Assembly (NCBI GenBank): GCA_964434115.1
Contig: CAYSSX010000003.1
Location: 12,554 to 76,553, forward strand
Length of the DNA stretch: 64,000 nucleotides
Source: an uncultured bacterium
GTDB taxonomy: Bacteria; Omnitrophota; Omnitrophia; Omnitrophales; Aquincolibacteriaceae
Direction: 5' to 3'
Below are positions 18,648-27,312 of the stretch, in pieces; the first letter of the stretch is position 1, and each line of letters opens with the position of its first letter. The notes beneath the pieces are model-generated. The model was not told the DNA's origin, did not search any database, and saw nothing but the letters and a program-made list of their open reading frames with translations. The position numbers and the translations under genes were made by a program.

Positions 18648-19772
18648 ATGGGTATGAAAACCGGCAGCAGCGAAGAGAAAGCGGCAGGCAGAATTTTTAA
18701 TTTCAGCGCAGGACCCGCGGTGCTTCCCGTGGAAGTGCTTGAACAGGCGCGCGACGAAATGCTCAATTACAAAGGCAGCGGAATGTCTGTGATGGAAATG
18801 AGCCACCGCTCCGAGGAGTTTGAAGCCATTGCCGGACGCGCTGAGGCCGGTGTCCGCAAACACCTGGGAGTGCCCGCGAATTATGACGTTCTTTTTCTTC
18901 AGGGCGGCGCGAGCCTTCAGTTTGCCATGATTCCCATGAATCTGGCCTTGCCGAACAAACCTGTGGATTTAATTAATACGGGTGTTTGGACGCAAAAGGC
19001 CTTGGACGAAGCGCAGAAATTAACAACAGTGAATATCGCGGCCTCCACGGAAAGTGAAAAATTCCGCCGTCTTCCGCGGCTTGATGAAATCAAATTGAAC
19101 CCTGATGCGTCGTATGTCCACCTTTGCTCCAACAACACGATTGCGGGCACGGAATGGACCACCTTTCCCGAAACGGGGGCGGTCCCGCTTGTGGCAGACA
19201 TGTCCTCGAATATTCTGTCGCGCCCGGTGGATGTTTCAAAATTTGGGGTGATTTTTGCGGGCGCTCAGAAAAATATCGGACCTTCCGGCGTTACGCTTGT
19301 GGTCATCCGTAAGGACCTTGTGGAGCGCGGCAGCAAGAACCTGCCTGTGATTTTGCAGTACCGGACACATGCCAAAGAGAAATCCTTGTACAACACGCCG
19401 CCAACGTATGGGATTTACATGGTGGCGCTGGTCATGGAGTGGATGGACCGTCAGGGAGGACTGGCCGCGGTTGAAAAGAGAAATATCGAAAAAGCGAATA
19501 TGTTGTACAACGCCATTGAGCAAAACGAGTTTTACTATTCACCGGTTGAAAAGAAGGACCGTTCCCGCATGAATGTGGTTTTCCGGATCAAGGGTGACCG
19601 TGAGGATCTGGAAAAAAAGTTTGTGACGGAAGCAGCGGCGGAAGGCCTGAGCGCGCTTAAGGGACACCGTCTTGTCGGGGGACTGAGAGCCTCAATTTAT
19701 AACGCCCAGCCCCTCGAAGGCGTCAAGGCGCTCACCGAGTTCATGAAAGAATTCAGCCGCAAGAACGGATAA
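18648..19772 (+). CDS. serC: Phosphoserine aminotransferase
   Basis: IFNFSAGPAVLP, MEMSHRSEEF and the PLP-lysine region (FAGAQKNIGPSGVTLV) are present. Confidence 0.9.
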   Translation: MGMKTGSSEEKAAGRIFNFSAGPAVLPVEVLEQARDEMLNYKGSGMSVMEMSHRSEEFEAIAGRAEAGVRKHLGVPANYDVLFLQGGASLQFAMIPMNLALPNKPVDLINTGVWTQKALDEAQKLTTVNIAASTESEKFRRLPRLDEIKLNPDASYVHLCSNNTIAGTEWTTFPETGAVPLVADMSSNILSRPVDVSKFGVIFAGAQKNIGPSGVTLVVIRKDLVERGSKNLPVILQYRTHAKEKSLYNTPPTYGIYMVALVMEWMDRQGGLAAVEKRNIEKANMLYNAIEQNEFYYSPVEKKDRSRMNVVFRIKGDREDLEKKFVTEAAAEGLSALKGHRLVGGLRASIYNAQPLEGVKALTEFMKEFSRKNG

Positions 19773-19793
19773 GTTTTTAGAGCAGGCATAAAA

Positions 19794-19830
19794 AGCCCGT
19801 ACGGGATGACTCTCGTACGGGCTTTTTTAT
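19794..19830. terminator. Bidirectional rho-independent terminator between serC and ccp
   Basis: The stem GCCCGTACG...CGTACGGGC is followed by a T-run on the + strand and preceded by an A-run (a T-run on the - strand). Confidence 0.6.
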
Positions 19831-19839
19831 TTCAGAAAT

Positions 19840-20889
19840 TTATTCAGGCAGAACCGGTTCTTCGACAGGCTTCCAGTCACCCTCAAGCGATTTGAGAAAT
19901 TCCAAGAGGTCCGTATGTTCTTGATCGCTCAGATTAAGCGGCTGCATTTTGGGATCCAGCCACGGATTGGCCTCGCCGCCCTTGTCGTAAAGATCAATGA
20001 CTTCTTCCAGGGTTTTGACGCTTCCGTCATGCATGTAAGGCGCGGTTCTTAAAAGATCCCGGAGCATAGGCGTTTTAAAAGCGCCTTTGTCGGCGTCATT
20101 TTTTGTAACGTCATAGCGCCCCCAATCGGGCTTTGCCGCGTTCATGCCCACGCCCAGGTTATGGAAGATTTCGTCGGTGAGGTTGAAGCCGACATGACAC
20201 TGCGTGCAGCGGGCCTTGCCTTCAAAAAGTTTCAGCCCGCGCTGGGCGGATTCGCTCAAGGCGGTTTTATCCTGGTTTTGAGTGAAGCGGTCCCACGCCG
20301 AGTTGCCGGATAAGACCGTTCTTTCAAAAGCGGCGATAGCCTTGACGATCCGGTCGATGTTGACCCCAGGATCCCCAAAGGCGGCTTCGAAGTAAGGGCC
20401 GTAGCCCTTCACTTCCGAGATCCTTTGGGTTGCGCCGGCGAGTGTGTGGGCCATTTCCACAGGGTTTTCCATCGGCCCCTTGGCTTGTTCTTCAAGGCTC
20501 GGGGCGCGTCCGTCCCAAAATTGAAAAAGACGGTAACCGCTGTTAAGGACCGACGGAGAATTGCGGGTCCCGTTTTTCTTTTGCACACCTTCTGAAAATT
20601 GCCGCTGATCCGTAAAGCCTTTTTGCGGGTCGTGACAGGTGGCGCAGCTGACGGTTTTATCCGAGGAGATGCGCTTGTCGAAATAGAGCATTTTCCCAAG
20701 CGTGACTTTTTCCTGAGTCATGGGGTTGTCATCGGGAATTATGTAAACATCAGGATCCAGGCCTAAAGGGAACTCAAGTTCGTAGGGCGCGGCCTTTTCG
20801 CCTTCCGCATGAAGGGTCCAAGAAGCGCCTTGGGCGATGAGAAGCACTGAGGAAAAGAAGAGAATAGTTTTAAGAATGTGATTTTTCAT
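19840..20889 (-). CDS. ccp: Di-haem cytochrome c peroxidase
   Basis: Two CxxCH motifs are present (CATCHDPQKGF and CTQCHVGFNL), together with a signal peptide and PYMHDGS. Confidence 0.9.
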   Translation of the reverse strand: MKNHILKTILFFSSVLLIAQGASWTLHAEGEKAAPYELEFPLGLDPDVYIIPDDNPMTQEKVTLGKMLYFDKRISSDKTVSCATCHDPQKGFTDQRQFSEGVQKKNGTRNSPSVLNSGYRLFQFWDGRAPSLEEQAKGPMENPVEMAHTLAGATQRISEVKGYGPYFEAAFGDPGVNIDRIVKAIAAFERTVLSGNSAWDRFTQNQDKTALSESAQRGLKLFEGKARCTQCHVGFNLTDEIFHNLGVGMNAAKPDWGRYDVTKNDADKGAFKTPMLRDLLRTAPYMHDGSVKTLEEVIDLYDKGGEANPWLDPKMQPLNLSDQEHTDLLEFLKSLEGDWKPVEEPVLPE

Positions 20890-20967
20890 ATGGCGGATTT
20901 CCCATGGCGGAGTTATTTTAAGGGAGCTAAGGAATAAAAATCATCTCTTAATCCGGGAGTATAGTCC

Positions 20968-21699
20968 ATGAGCAGGCTGCTTCACCATGACTTTTGTCAC
21001 ACTCTTTTCCTTCGCAATCTTCCAGCGGTTCAAAATGTTTTATGGCTGGGCGAGACGCCTTCGGGTGACCGCAGTTTTGAGATTTTCACGGAGACCGGTG
21101 TGAAGCGGGTGCATCTTGCGGAATTGATTTTGGCTGAGGAACGGGCGCTCTGGGACTCTGTGAAAGAAATCTTTGATTTCGCTATCAGGGAGGCGGAAGC
21201 GCAATTGTATGGGACCTTTTCTCTGGAACTTATTTCCGCGGGTGAGCGCGACAAACTCCGCAATTTTGACGGACGGAATCTTGGAAGCCTGCTCTTGAAT
21301 CATGGGCGCGCGCTGAATCCCGGGGAAGAGCGTATCTTTCCCTATTCTTCGCTTTGGCTGGCCTTCAAAAAGCTTGTTCCTGCGGATTGGGGCAAGATCC
21401 GGTTTCAGCACGGTATGACGGTCTATAGTCAGGAGCGCGCTAAGTTCGACTTGTTTATAAAGAAGCGTCTTCAGGAAGCCGCGGCAGAAGAAATCCCTAC
21501 CTGGGTGGTTATCCGGGACTTCAGCCAGAACGCCCTTTTCCGTTTCGGAGAAGAAGACCAGACAAGCCGTCTGCGGAAAGTGCTTGAGAAAAACCGTGAG
21601 TTTTTTCCGGAGAAGATCCCAGGCGTTTTGATGGTCGAGGAATCACGTGTCGTGGATCTTGTTGAACAGTTTGAAGCCGGGGAAAAACCGAAGGTTTAA
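20968..21699 (+). CDS. Hypothetical protein
   Basis: A 243 aa ORF with no motif I can recognise. It is convergent with the CBS gene. Confidence 0.45.
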   Translation: MSRLLHHDFCHTLFLRNLPAVQNVLWLGETPSGDRSFEIFTETGVKRVHLAELILAEERALWDSVKEIFDFAIREAEAQLYGTFSLELISAGERDKLRNFDGRNLGSLLLNHGRALNPGEERIFPYSSLWLAFKKLVPADWGKIRFQHGMTVYSQERAKFDLFIKKRLQEAAAEEIPTWVVIRDFSQNALFRFGEEDQTSRLRKVLEKNREFFPEKIPGVLMVEESRVVDLVEQFEAGEKPKV

Positions 21700-22253
21700 G
21701 AGGCGTCTGCCGGTCCGGGCATTTTTGACAGAGAAACACCTTCCATCAAATAGACCAGGACATCTTTGATCGAAATAATGCTGATCGGGGTTCCGTCAAC
21801 GGCCAGCACCGGGAAGTGCCGGAAGCCTCCGATGGACATGCGGTTGACCGCGTAGCTGATAGGGTCCTGCAGGGTGGCATAACCCGGGTTGCGGGTCATG
21901 ATATCGCCGGCCGTGACGCGGGAAAGATCCGTGAATTTGCAGGCCGCTTCTGTGAGAAGTGTCCGAAGACTTAAAATGCCCACCAGTTTTTTCTTCTCGT
22001 AAATGAGAACGCAGGTCTTTTTCTTCTTCTTGAGAATACCGACGATTTTTTGAAGGGAATCCGCAGCGCTGGCCACGAGAAGGTCTTCGCCTGTGATCAG
22101 AGCTGATACAGGGGCGTTCAGAAGCAGGCGTTTGAGAGGATCGTCTTTCGGCGGACCCGGAATATAACGGTCCATGAGGGTGTGCAGACACTTTGAACAG
22201 CGGGTGTCGCCATCAAGATTTTCATGCCCGCAGGCTGGACAACGAATGCTCAT
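21696..22253 (-). CDS. CBS-domain pair protein with an N-terminal zinc ribbon
   Basis: CPACGHEN..CSKC is a zinc ribbon, followed by two CBS repeats. It is the first gene of the kor operon. Confidence 0.65.
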   Translation of the reverse strand: MSIRCPACGHENLDGDTRCSKCLHTLMDRYIPGPPKDDPLKRLLLNAPVSALITGEDLLVASAADSLQKIVGILKKKKKTCVLIYEKKKLVGILSLRTLLTEAACKFTDLSRVTAGDIMTRNPGYATLQDPISYAVNRMSIGGFRHFPVLAVDGTPISIISIKDVLVYLMEGVSLSKMPGPADAS

Positions 22254-22265
22254 AACCGCCCTCGC

Positions 22266-23309
22266 TTAGGAGACGGTCCAGGTCTCCGCTCCGTAAATCA
22301 AATCCTTAATATTGCCCTTACCTTTTTTCTTGAGAGAATCCTCAATCTGAAGATCCAGCAGCTCGTCATAAACCGGACGTTGAACAGCCCTGAAAACACC
22401 GAGAGGAACCGGCAGTTCCGGATATCTGAAATGACTTAAGAGGTAAGCGTAATTGGGGTCTTCTTCTTTTTCATTGTGAAGAAGGAGATCCGCCGGGGCG
22501 GGCGCCCCCTTTGCAATTTCCACAACCTCAGGCTTGAAGCCTTTGAGGCGTATGCCGCGGTCTTTGGCTTTGCCGAAGATCAGGGGCTTTTCATGCTCCA
22601 GGTACACGGCCCGGTCATCGCGGTTTTCGCGGCCGGTCACAGGGGCGAAGGCCTTGTCGTTGAAGATAATGCAGTTTTGATAAATTTCAACGAACGAAGT
22701 GCCTTTGTGCTGCATCGCGCGTTCCAGCACATACCCCATGTGTTTAGGGTCACCGTCGACCGTGCGTGCGACAAAGGTGGCTTCCGAAGCCAAGGCTACC
22801 GAAAGGGGATTGATCGGCTGATCAATGGAACCCAGGGGGCTGGACTTTGTGACTTTCCCCATTTCCGAAGTCGGGGAATACTGGCCCTTGGTCAAACCGT
22901 AAATCTGATTGTTCACGAGAACGATGTTGATGTTCATGTTGCGGCGCATGGCGTGAAGCAGATGATTTCCGCCAATGCTGAGTCCGTCCCCGTCGCCCGT
23001 AATGACCCAGATGACCAGATTAGGGTTCACGCAGCGAAGACCGGAAGCAATTGTTGGAGCCCGGCCGTGAATGGTATGAAAGCCGTAGTTGTTCATGTAG
23101 TAAGGAAAGCGGCTGGAGCAGCCAATTCCGGAAATGAAAACATAGTTTTCACGAGGAATAGAAAACTTCGCGAGCGTGCGCTGCATCACGGCAAGAATGG
23201 CGTAATCACCGCAGCCAGGACACCAGCGGACTTCCTGTCCGGATTCAAAATCTTCTTTAACGAAAGGGAGTTTGCCTTCAACCTTAGGGGTGATGTTGTC
23301 TGTGCTCAT
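22266..23309 (-). CDS. korB: 2-oxoglutarate/2-oxoacid:ferredoxin oxidoreductase, beta (TPP-binding) subunit
   Basis: WCPGCGDYAIL, GIGCSSRFPYY and the GDGDGLSIGGNH TPP motif are present. Confidence 0.85.
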   Translation of the reverse strand: MSTDNITPKVEGKLPFVKEDFESGQEVRWCPGCGDYAILAVMQRTLAKFSIPRENYVFISGIGCSSRFPYYMNNYGFHTIHGRAPTIASGLRCVNPNLVIWVITGDGDGLSIGGNHLLHAMRRNMNINIVLVNNQIYGLTKGQYSPTSEMGKVTKSSPLGSIDQPINPLSVALASEATFVARTVDGDPKHMGYVLERAMQHKGTSFVEIYQNCIIFNDKAFAPVTGRENRDDRAVYLEHEKPLIFGKAKDRGIRLKGFKPEVVEIAKGAPAPADLLLHNEKEEDPNYAYLLSHFRYPELPVPLGVFRAVQRPVYDELLDLQIEDSLKKKGKGNIKDLIYGAETWTVS

Positions 23310-25153
23310 AGATGCCTTTTAATTTCTTCCATAAGTTCTGCTGATTTGAAAGGTTGCCCATGGACTTTATGATAACCGACATAATTCCGGCCCGGAAAGT
23401 GATGCCGCATCAACACAAGAAGCTGTCCCATGTTGAGTTCCGGAAGAAGGATCTTATCGAATTTGCTTACAACAGTTCCAAGGTTCTTCGGGAAAGGATT
23501 CATGTAGGAAAGGTGCGCGTGAGAAACAACTTTTCCCTCATCCGCGAGATTTGAAACCGCCTGGTAGATCGGGCCGTAACTTCCGCCCCAGCCAAGCACC
23601 AAAAGTTTTCCTGATGCGGGGCCTTCTACCACAATATCGGGAATGTCGTCGGCAATGCGGCGGATTTTTTCCGCGCGCAGATTAATCATCTTCTGATTGT
23701 TTTCAGGGTCATAGCTGACGTTGCCCGTAAGATCGGCCTTGGAAAGTCCGCCGATACGGTGCTCAAGGCCCGGTGTTCCGGGAACCGCCCAAGGGCGGGC
23801 CAGTGTTTTAGAATCGCGCGCGTAGGGAAGGAAAGGTCCGTCGCCTGCCACCGGATGCTTAACCGTGATCTTGGGAAGTTCTTCAAGTTTGGGAAGCTTC
23901 CAAGGCTCGGCACCGTTCGCAAGATTTCCTTCGGACAGAAGCACGACAGGCGTCATGTATTTAAGCGCTAGACGAACAGCCTCAATGGCCATGTTGAAAC
24001 AGTCGGCCGGAGTTTTGGGAGCGACCACGCAAACCGGGGATTCCCCGTTTCTACCATAAAGCACTTGGAGGAGATCGGTCTGCTCGGTTTTGGTCGGCAT
24101 GCCGGTGCTGGGGCCGCCGCGTTGAACATCAATGACCACAAGCGGAAGTTCCGCCATGACGGCAAGGTTCATCATTTCCGCTTTCAAGCAGATGCCGGGG
24201 CCGCTGGTGCCGGTGATTCCGATCTGTCCGCCGAAAGAAGCGCCGAGAGCAGAGCCGCAGGCCGCAATTTCATCTTCAGCCTGAAAAGTCTTCACGCCAA
24301 AATGTTTGTAGGTTGAAAGGTAATGCAGGATGTCGCTGGCCGGCGTAATGGGATAGGACCCGTAAAACAAGGTCTTGCCCGCAAGGTTGGCGGCCGTCAC
24401 AAGTCCGATGGCCATGGCCTGGTTGCCGGTAATTTTCCGGTAAACACCGGTTTCCAGCTGGGCTTTTTTGATTTCATACTGAACAGGCAGGGTCTCGGTA
24501 ATGTCCGCGAAGTTGTAGCCCGCTTTCAAGGCCGTTACGTTGCCGTTGACGATATCGGGACGTTTGGCGAATTTCTTTTGGATCCAGGAAATGGTGTGGT
24601 CCATGGACCGGCTGTAAAGCCAGAAGAGCATGCCGAGCGCGAAAAAGTTTTTGCAGCGTTCCACTTCTGTCAGTTTGAGCGGCTGGTCTTTGAGAGAGTT
24701 TTTTGTCAGTTCGGAAAGAGGAACTTTAAGAAGCTGAAAATCTTTCAGAGTCGTATCTTCAAGGGGATTGGATTTCCAGGTCGCTTTTTTAAGAGCCATT
24801 TCCGTGAAAGCGCTCTCGTTGGCGATAATTAGACCGCCCTTTTTAATGTTCGGAATATTGACTTTCAACGCCGCGGGATTCATGGCGATGAGAACATCGG
24901 CCTGATCCCCGGGAGTGAAAATAATGGATTCGGAAAACTGGATCTGAAAACTGCTGACGCCGGGAAGTGTTCCGGCCGGGGCGCGGATTTCCGCAGGAAA
25001 GTCCGGAAGCGTTGCAAAGTCATTGCCCATCGCGGCCGCGGTGTCCGTGAATTGATCGCCCGCCAGCTGCATGCCGTCACCGGAGTCTCCGGCAAAACGG
25101 ACTGTAATCGCATTCGTGGTCTGGATATTTTTCTTCGTGGATAACATATTCAA
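23306..25153 (-). CDS. korA: 2-oxoglutarate/2-oxoacid:ferredoxin oxidoreductase, alpha subunit
   Basis: This is a 615 aa OFOR alpha-type protein (GNQAMAIGLVTAANLAG..YPITPASD). It overlaps korB and the upstream CBS gene by 4 nt each. Confidence 0.85.
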   Translation of the reverse strand: MNMLSTKKNIQTTNAITVRFAGDSGDGMQLAGDQFTDTAAAMGNDFATLPDFPAEIRAPAGTLPGVSSFQIQFSESIIFTPGDQADVLIAMNPAALKVNIPNIKKGGLIIANESAFTEMALKKATWKSNPLEDTTLKDFQLLKVPLSELTKNSLKDQPLKLTEVERCKNFFALGMLFWLYSRSMDHTISWIQKKFAKRPDIVNGNVTALKAGYNFADITETLPVQYEIKKAQLETGVYRKITGNQAMAIGLVTAANLAGKTLFYGSYPITPASDILHYLSTYKHFGVKTFQAEDEIAACGSALGASFGGQIGITGTSGPGICLKAEMMNLAVMAELPLVVIDVQRGGPSTGMPTKTEQTDLLQVLYGRNGESPVCVVAPKTPADCFNMAIEAVRLALKYMTPVVLLSEGNLANGAEPWKLPKLEELPKITVKHPVAGDGPFLPYARDSKTLARPWAVPGTPGLEHRIGGLSKADLTGNVSYDPENNQKMINLRAEKIRRIADDIPDIVVEGPASGKLLVLGWGGSYGPIYQAVSNLADEGKVVSHAHLSYMNPFPKNLGTVVSKFDKILLPELNMGQLLVLMRHHFPGRNYVGYHKVHGQPFKSAELMEEIKRHL

Positions 25154-25626
25154 CCGCCCTCAGGTGTCGTCATAATCTGGTGAATATTAGGAGGTAAATT
25201 ATAAATTTCGGCCGGATAAAAGGCGGCCAGAAAACGGATGATCATCCGCACGGAAAGCACCCCGGCAAGTTTCCCCTCCGGATCCGCAAGCGGTACGTGA
25301 TACAAACTTTCTTTGACCATGAGCGAAATCGCTTCATGGACTGTGTCCTCAGGCGATAAAACCGCTGGGCAAGGACTCATATATTCAAGAGCCGGGGCCT
25401 CCCAATTAACAGGTTCCCCCATGATCTTGTAAATCACATCCCGTTCTGTAAAAAGCCCCAGGACTTTATTCTTTTCAGTGATCGCAACATAGCCGGCTTT
25501 ATTGGCCCGCATAAGCTCCACAGCGCTTTTAACGGAAATGGAAGGGGAGGCCTGCACCAGTTTCGACTCGGCAATCTGCCGAATCTTCTTCTCCCGGAGA
25601 ACTTCCTCAATCTGCTTCGCCGTCAT
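25150..25626 (-). CDS. CBS-domain pair protein
   Basis: Two CBS repeats are present, and its stop overlaps the korA start in an ATGA arrangement. Confidence 0.7.
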   Translation of the reverse strand: MTAKQIEEVLREKKIRQIAESKLVQASPSISVKSAVELMRANKAGYVAITEKNKVLGLFTERDVIYKIMGEPVNWEAPALEYMSPCPAVLSPEDTVHEAISLMVKESLYHVPLADPEGKLAGVLSVRMIIRFLAAFYPAEIYNLPPNIHQIMTTPEGG

Positions 25627-25792
25627 AGGGTCACTTCTTTCGCGCGTGCGATTCCCGCAAACCTTGATTCAAGGGAATGTTACCTTGAGGAGGGGCGGAG
25701 GGGTATGATACCAAAATACGTCAAAAAAATGCTAAGTTTTTAGGCTTTTCTTTAGAAGTAACTCTATCCTAGAGAACCTGTTAGCAGGTAAA

Positions 25793-26365
25793 ATGCGCTT
25801 TTACGAGGAGAAACAGGATTGTATGCGCAAGTTGACCCATGAAGAGCTTTTGGCCCGGCAGTTGTCCAAAGATGCTGAGAAGCTTCCTTTTCACGTGCTA
25901 TTGAATGACATCCGCAGCCTCCACAATGTAGGCTCTATTTTCCGCACCTGTGATGGGGCGGGGGTGGCCAAGCTCTGGATTTGCGGAATTACGGGTTTCC
26001 CCCCGGACTCTAAAATCTCAAAAACGGCCCTTGGCGCCGAAACCGTTGTTCCTTGGGAATACCGGCGGGATCCTGAAGCTTTGGCAAAAGAACTAAAGGC
26101 GCAGGGTTTTCAGCTCGTCCTGCTTGAGCAGATGGAAAACAGTACGGCCTATGATGTCTTTGATCCGCAGGCTCCGGTTTGCCTGGTTTTGGGGAATGAA
26201 ACCGGCGGCGTGAGCGATGGCCTTGCGGCGCTTTGTGATGCCGCGGTCGAAATTGAGATGTCGGGTGCGAAAAATTCACTTAATGTCACTGTGGCTTTTG
26301 GAATCGCGGCCTACCGTTTCCGGCAGGCGCTGATTCAGAAAAAATCAGCAGGAGGAGTGAGATGA
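25793..26365 (+). CDS. TrmH/SpoU-family RNA 2'-O-methyltransferase
   Basis: LLNDIRSLHNVGSIFRTCDGAG, LVLGNETGGVS and NVTVAFGIAAY form the SPOUT fold. Confidence 0.75.
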   Translation: MRFYEEKQDCMRKLTHEELLARQLSKDAEKLPFHVLLNDIRSLHNVGSIFRTCDGAGVAKLWICGITGFPPDSKISKTALGAETVVPWEYRRDPEALAKELKAQGFQLVLLEQMENSTAYDVFDPQAPVCLVLGNETGGVSDGLAALCDAAVEIEMSGAKNSLNVTVAFGIAAYRFRQALIQKKSAGGVR

Positions 26366-27096
26366 AATCAAAGCCGGAAGTTCTTATTGTGAAAAATGTC
26401 ACGCACGAAGGTCCGGGGCTCCTTCAGGAATTTATCCGTGAAGCGGGGCTGGGCTTTGATGAAATTGACCTTGATGGAGGGGATGCGTGGCCGGCTCTGG
26501 ATGATTATGAAATCATGATCGTGCTTGGCGGGCCTGATAGTGCAAACGATGGGACTTCGAAAATCCAGCAAGAGCTGCAGCAGATTCACACGTGGGTTTC
26601 CGCGGGACGTCCTTACCTTGGGATTTGTCTGGGCCTGCAGCTTCTTGTGAAAGCTATGGGCGGACGCGTGGAGAAAAACCCCGTGAAGGAAGTCGGCTTT
26701 TTTGATCCCCAAGGAAAACTTTACGAAGTTGAAGTGACGCCTGAAGGGGCGCGGGATCCTTTGTTTTCCGGGCTTCCAGCAGCGCTTCCTGTTTTTCAGC
26801 TGCATGGTGAAACCGTGGTGTTGACTCCGGACATGACGCTGTTGGGTTCCGGCAGGCATTGCCGCAATCAGGTTGTGCGTGTGGGGCAAACGGCGTATGG
26901 CCTGCAATGTCATTTTGAACTTACGCCCCGCCTTCTTGAAGAGTGGGCCTCGGAGGATCCGGACCTTAAGCCGCTGAGTAAAGCGGAACTTCTCGATCAC
27001 TTTAAAAAGACCGAAAGCGGGTACCGCAGTACGGCATGCGGTCTTTTCACCCGCTTCCTTAAACAGGCAGGAACAGCGAAAGGGCTTAGGAGATGA
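26362..27096 (+). CDS. Class-I glutamine amidotransferase-like protein
   Basis: The PYLGICLGLQLL nucleophile elbow and a downstream His region are present, making it GMP-synthase-GATase-like. Confidence 0.7.
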   Translation: MKSKPEVLIVKNVTHEGPGLLQEFIREAGLGFDEIDLDGGDAWPALDDYEIMIVLGGPDSANDGTSKIQQELQQIHTWVSAGRPYLGICLGLQLLVKAMGGRVEKNPVKEVGFFDPQGKLYEVEVTPEGARDPLFSGLPAALPVFQLHGETVVLTPDMTLLGSGRHCRNQVVRVGQTAYGLQCHFELTPRLLEEWASEDPDLKPLSKAELLDHFKKTESGYRSTACGLFTRFLKQAGTAKGLRR

Positions 27097-27254
27097 CGCA
27101 AGCAGACCGTATTCTTTTAATCGTGGTGATTCTTCTGGCGGACATGCTGATTTTTATGCTGCCGCTCACGGCTTTTTTTGCGGCCTATGTTCTTTGGGCC
27201 CGTCCCGTTTGGTTCAGGGATTGGATTTTGAGACTTTATGAAAGTGTCGATTAA
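27093..27254 (+). CDS. Small hydrophobic ORF (53 aa), hypothetical membrane peptide
   Basis: ATG 27093 overlaps the GATase stop in an ATGA arrangement. The product MTQADRILLIVVILLADMLIFMLPLTAFFAAYVLWARPVWFRDWILRLYESVD is almost entirely a TM helix. It is shorter than the 60 aa ORF-track cutoff. Confidence 0.3.
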   Translation: MTQADRILLIVVILLADMLIFMLPLTAFFAAYVLWARPVWFRDWILRLYESVD

Positions 27255-27312
27255 TACTTTGCCAGTCACGAGCTGTGAAATGCAGCAGAAATCCTAACCA
27301 GGAAATTTTTTC

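Noticed and set aside
22476-23372. Plus-strand 298-aa ORF across korB and korA
   Set aside because: It is fully antisense to the korB/korA genes, which carry unambiguous TPP and OFOR motifs.
26368-27000. Minus-strand 210-aa ORF
   Set aside because: It is antisense to the class-I glutamine amidotransferase gene.
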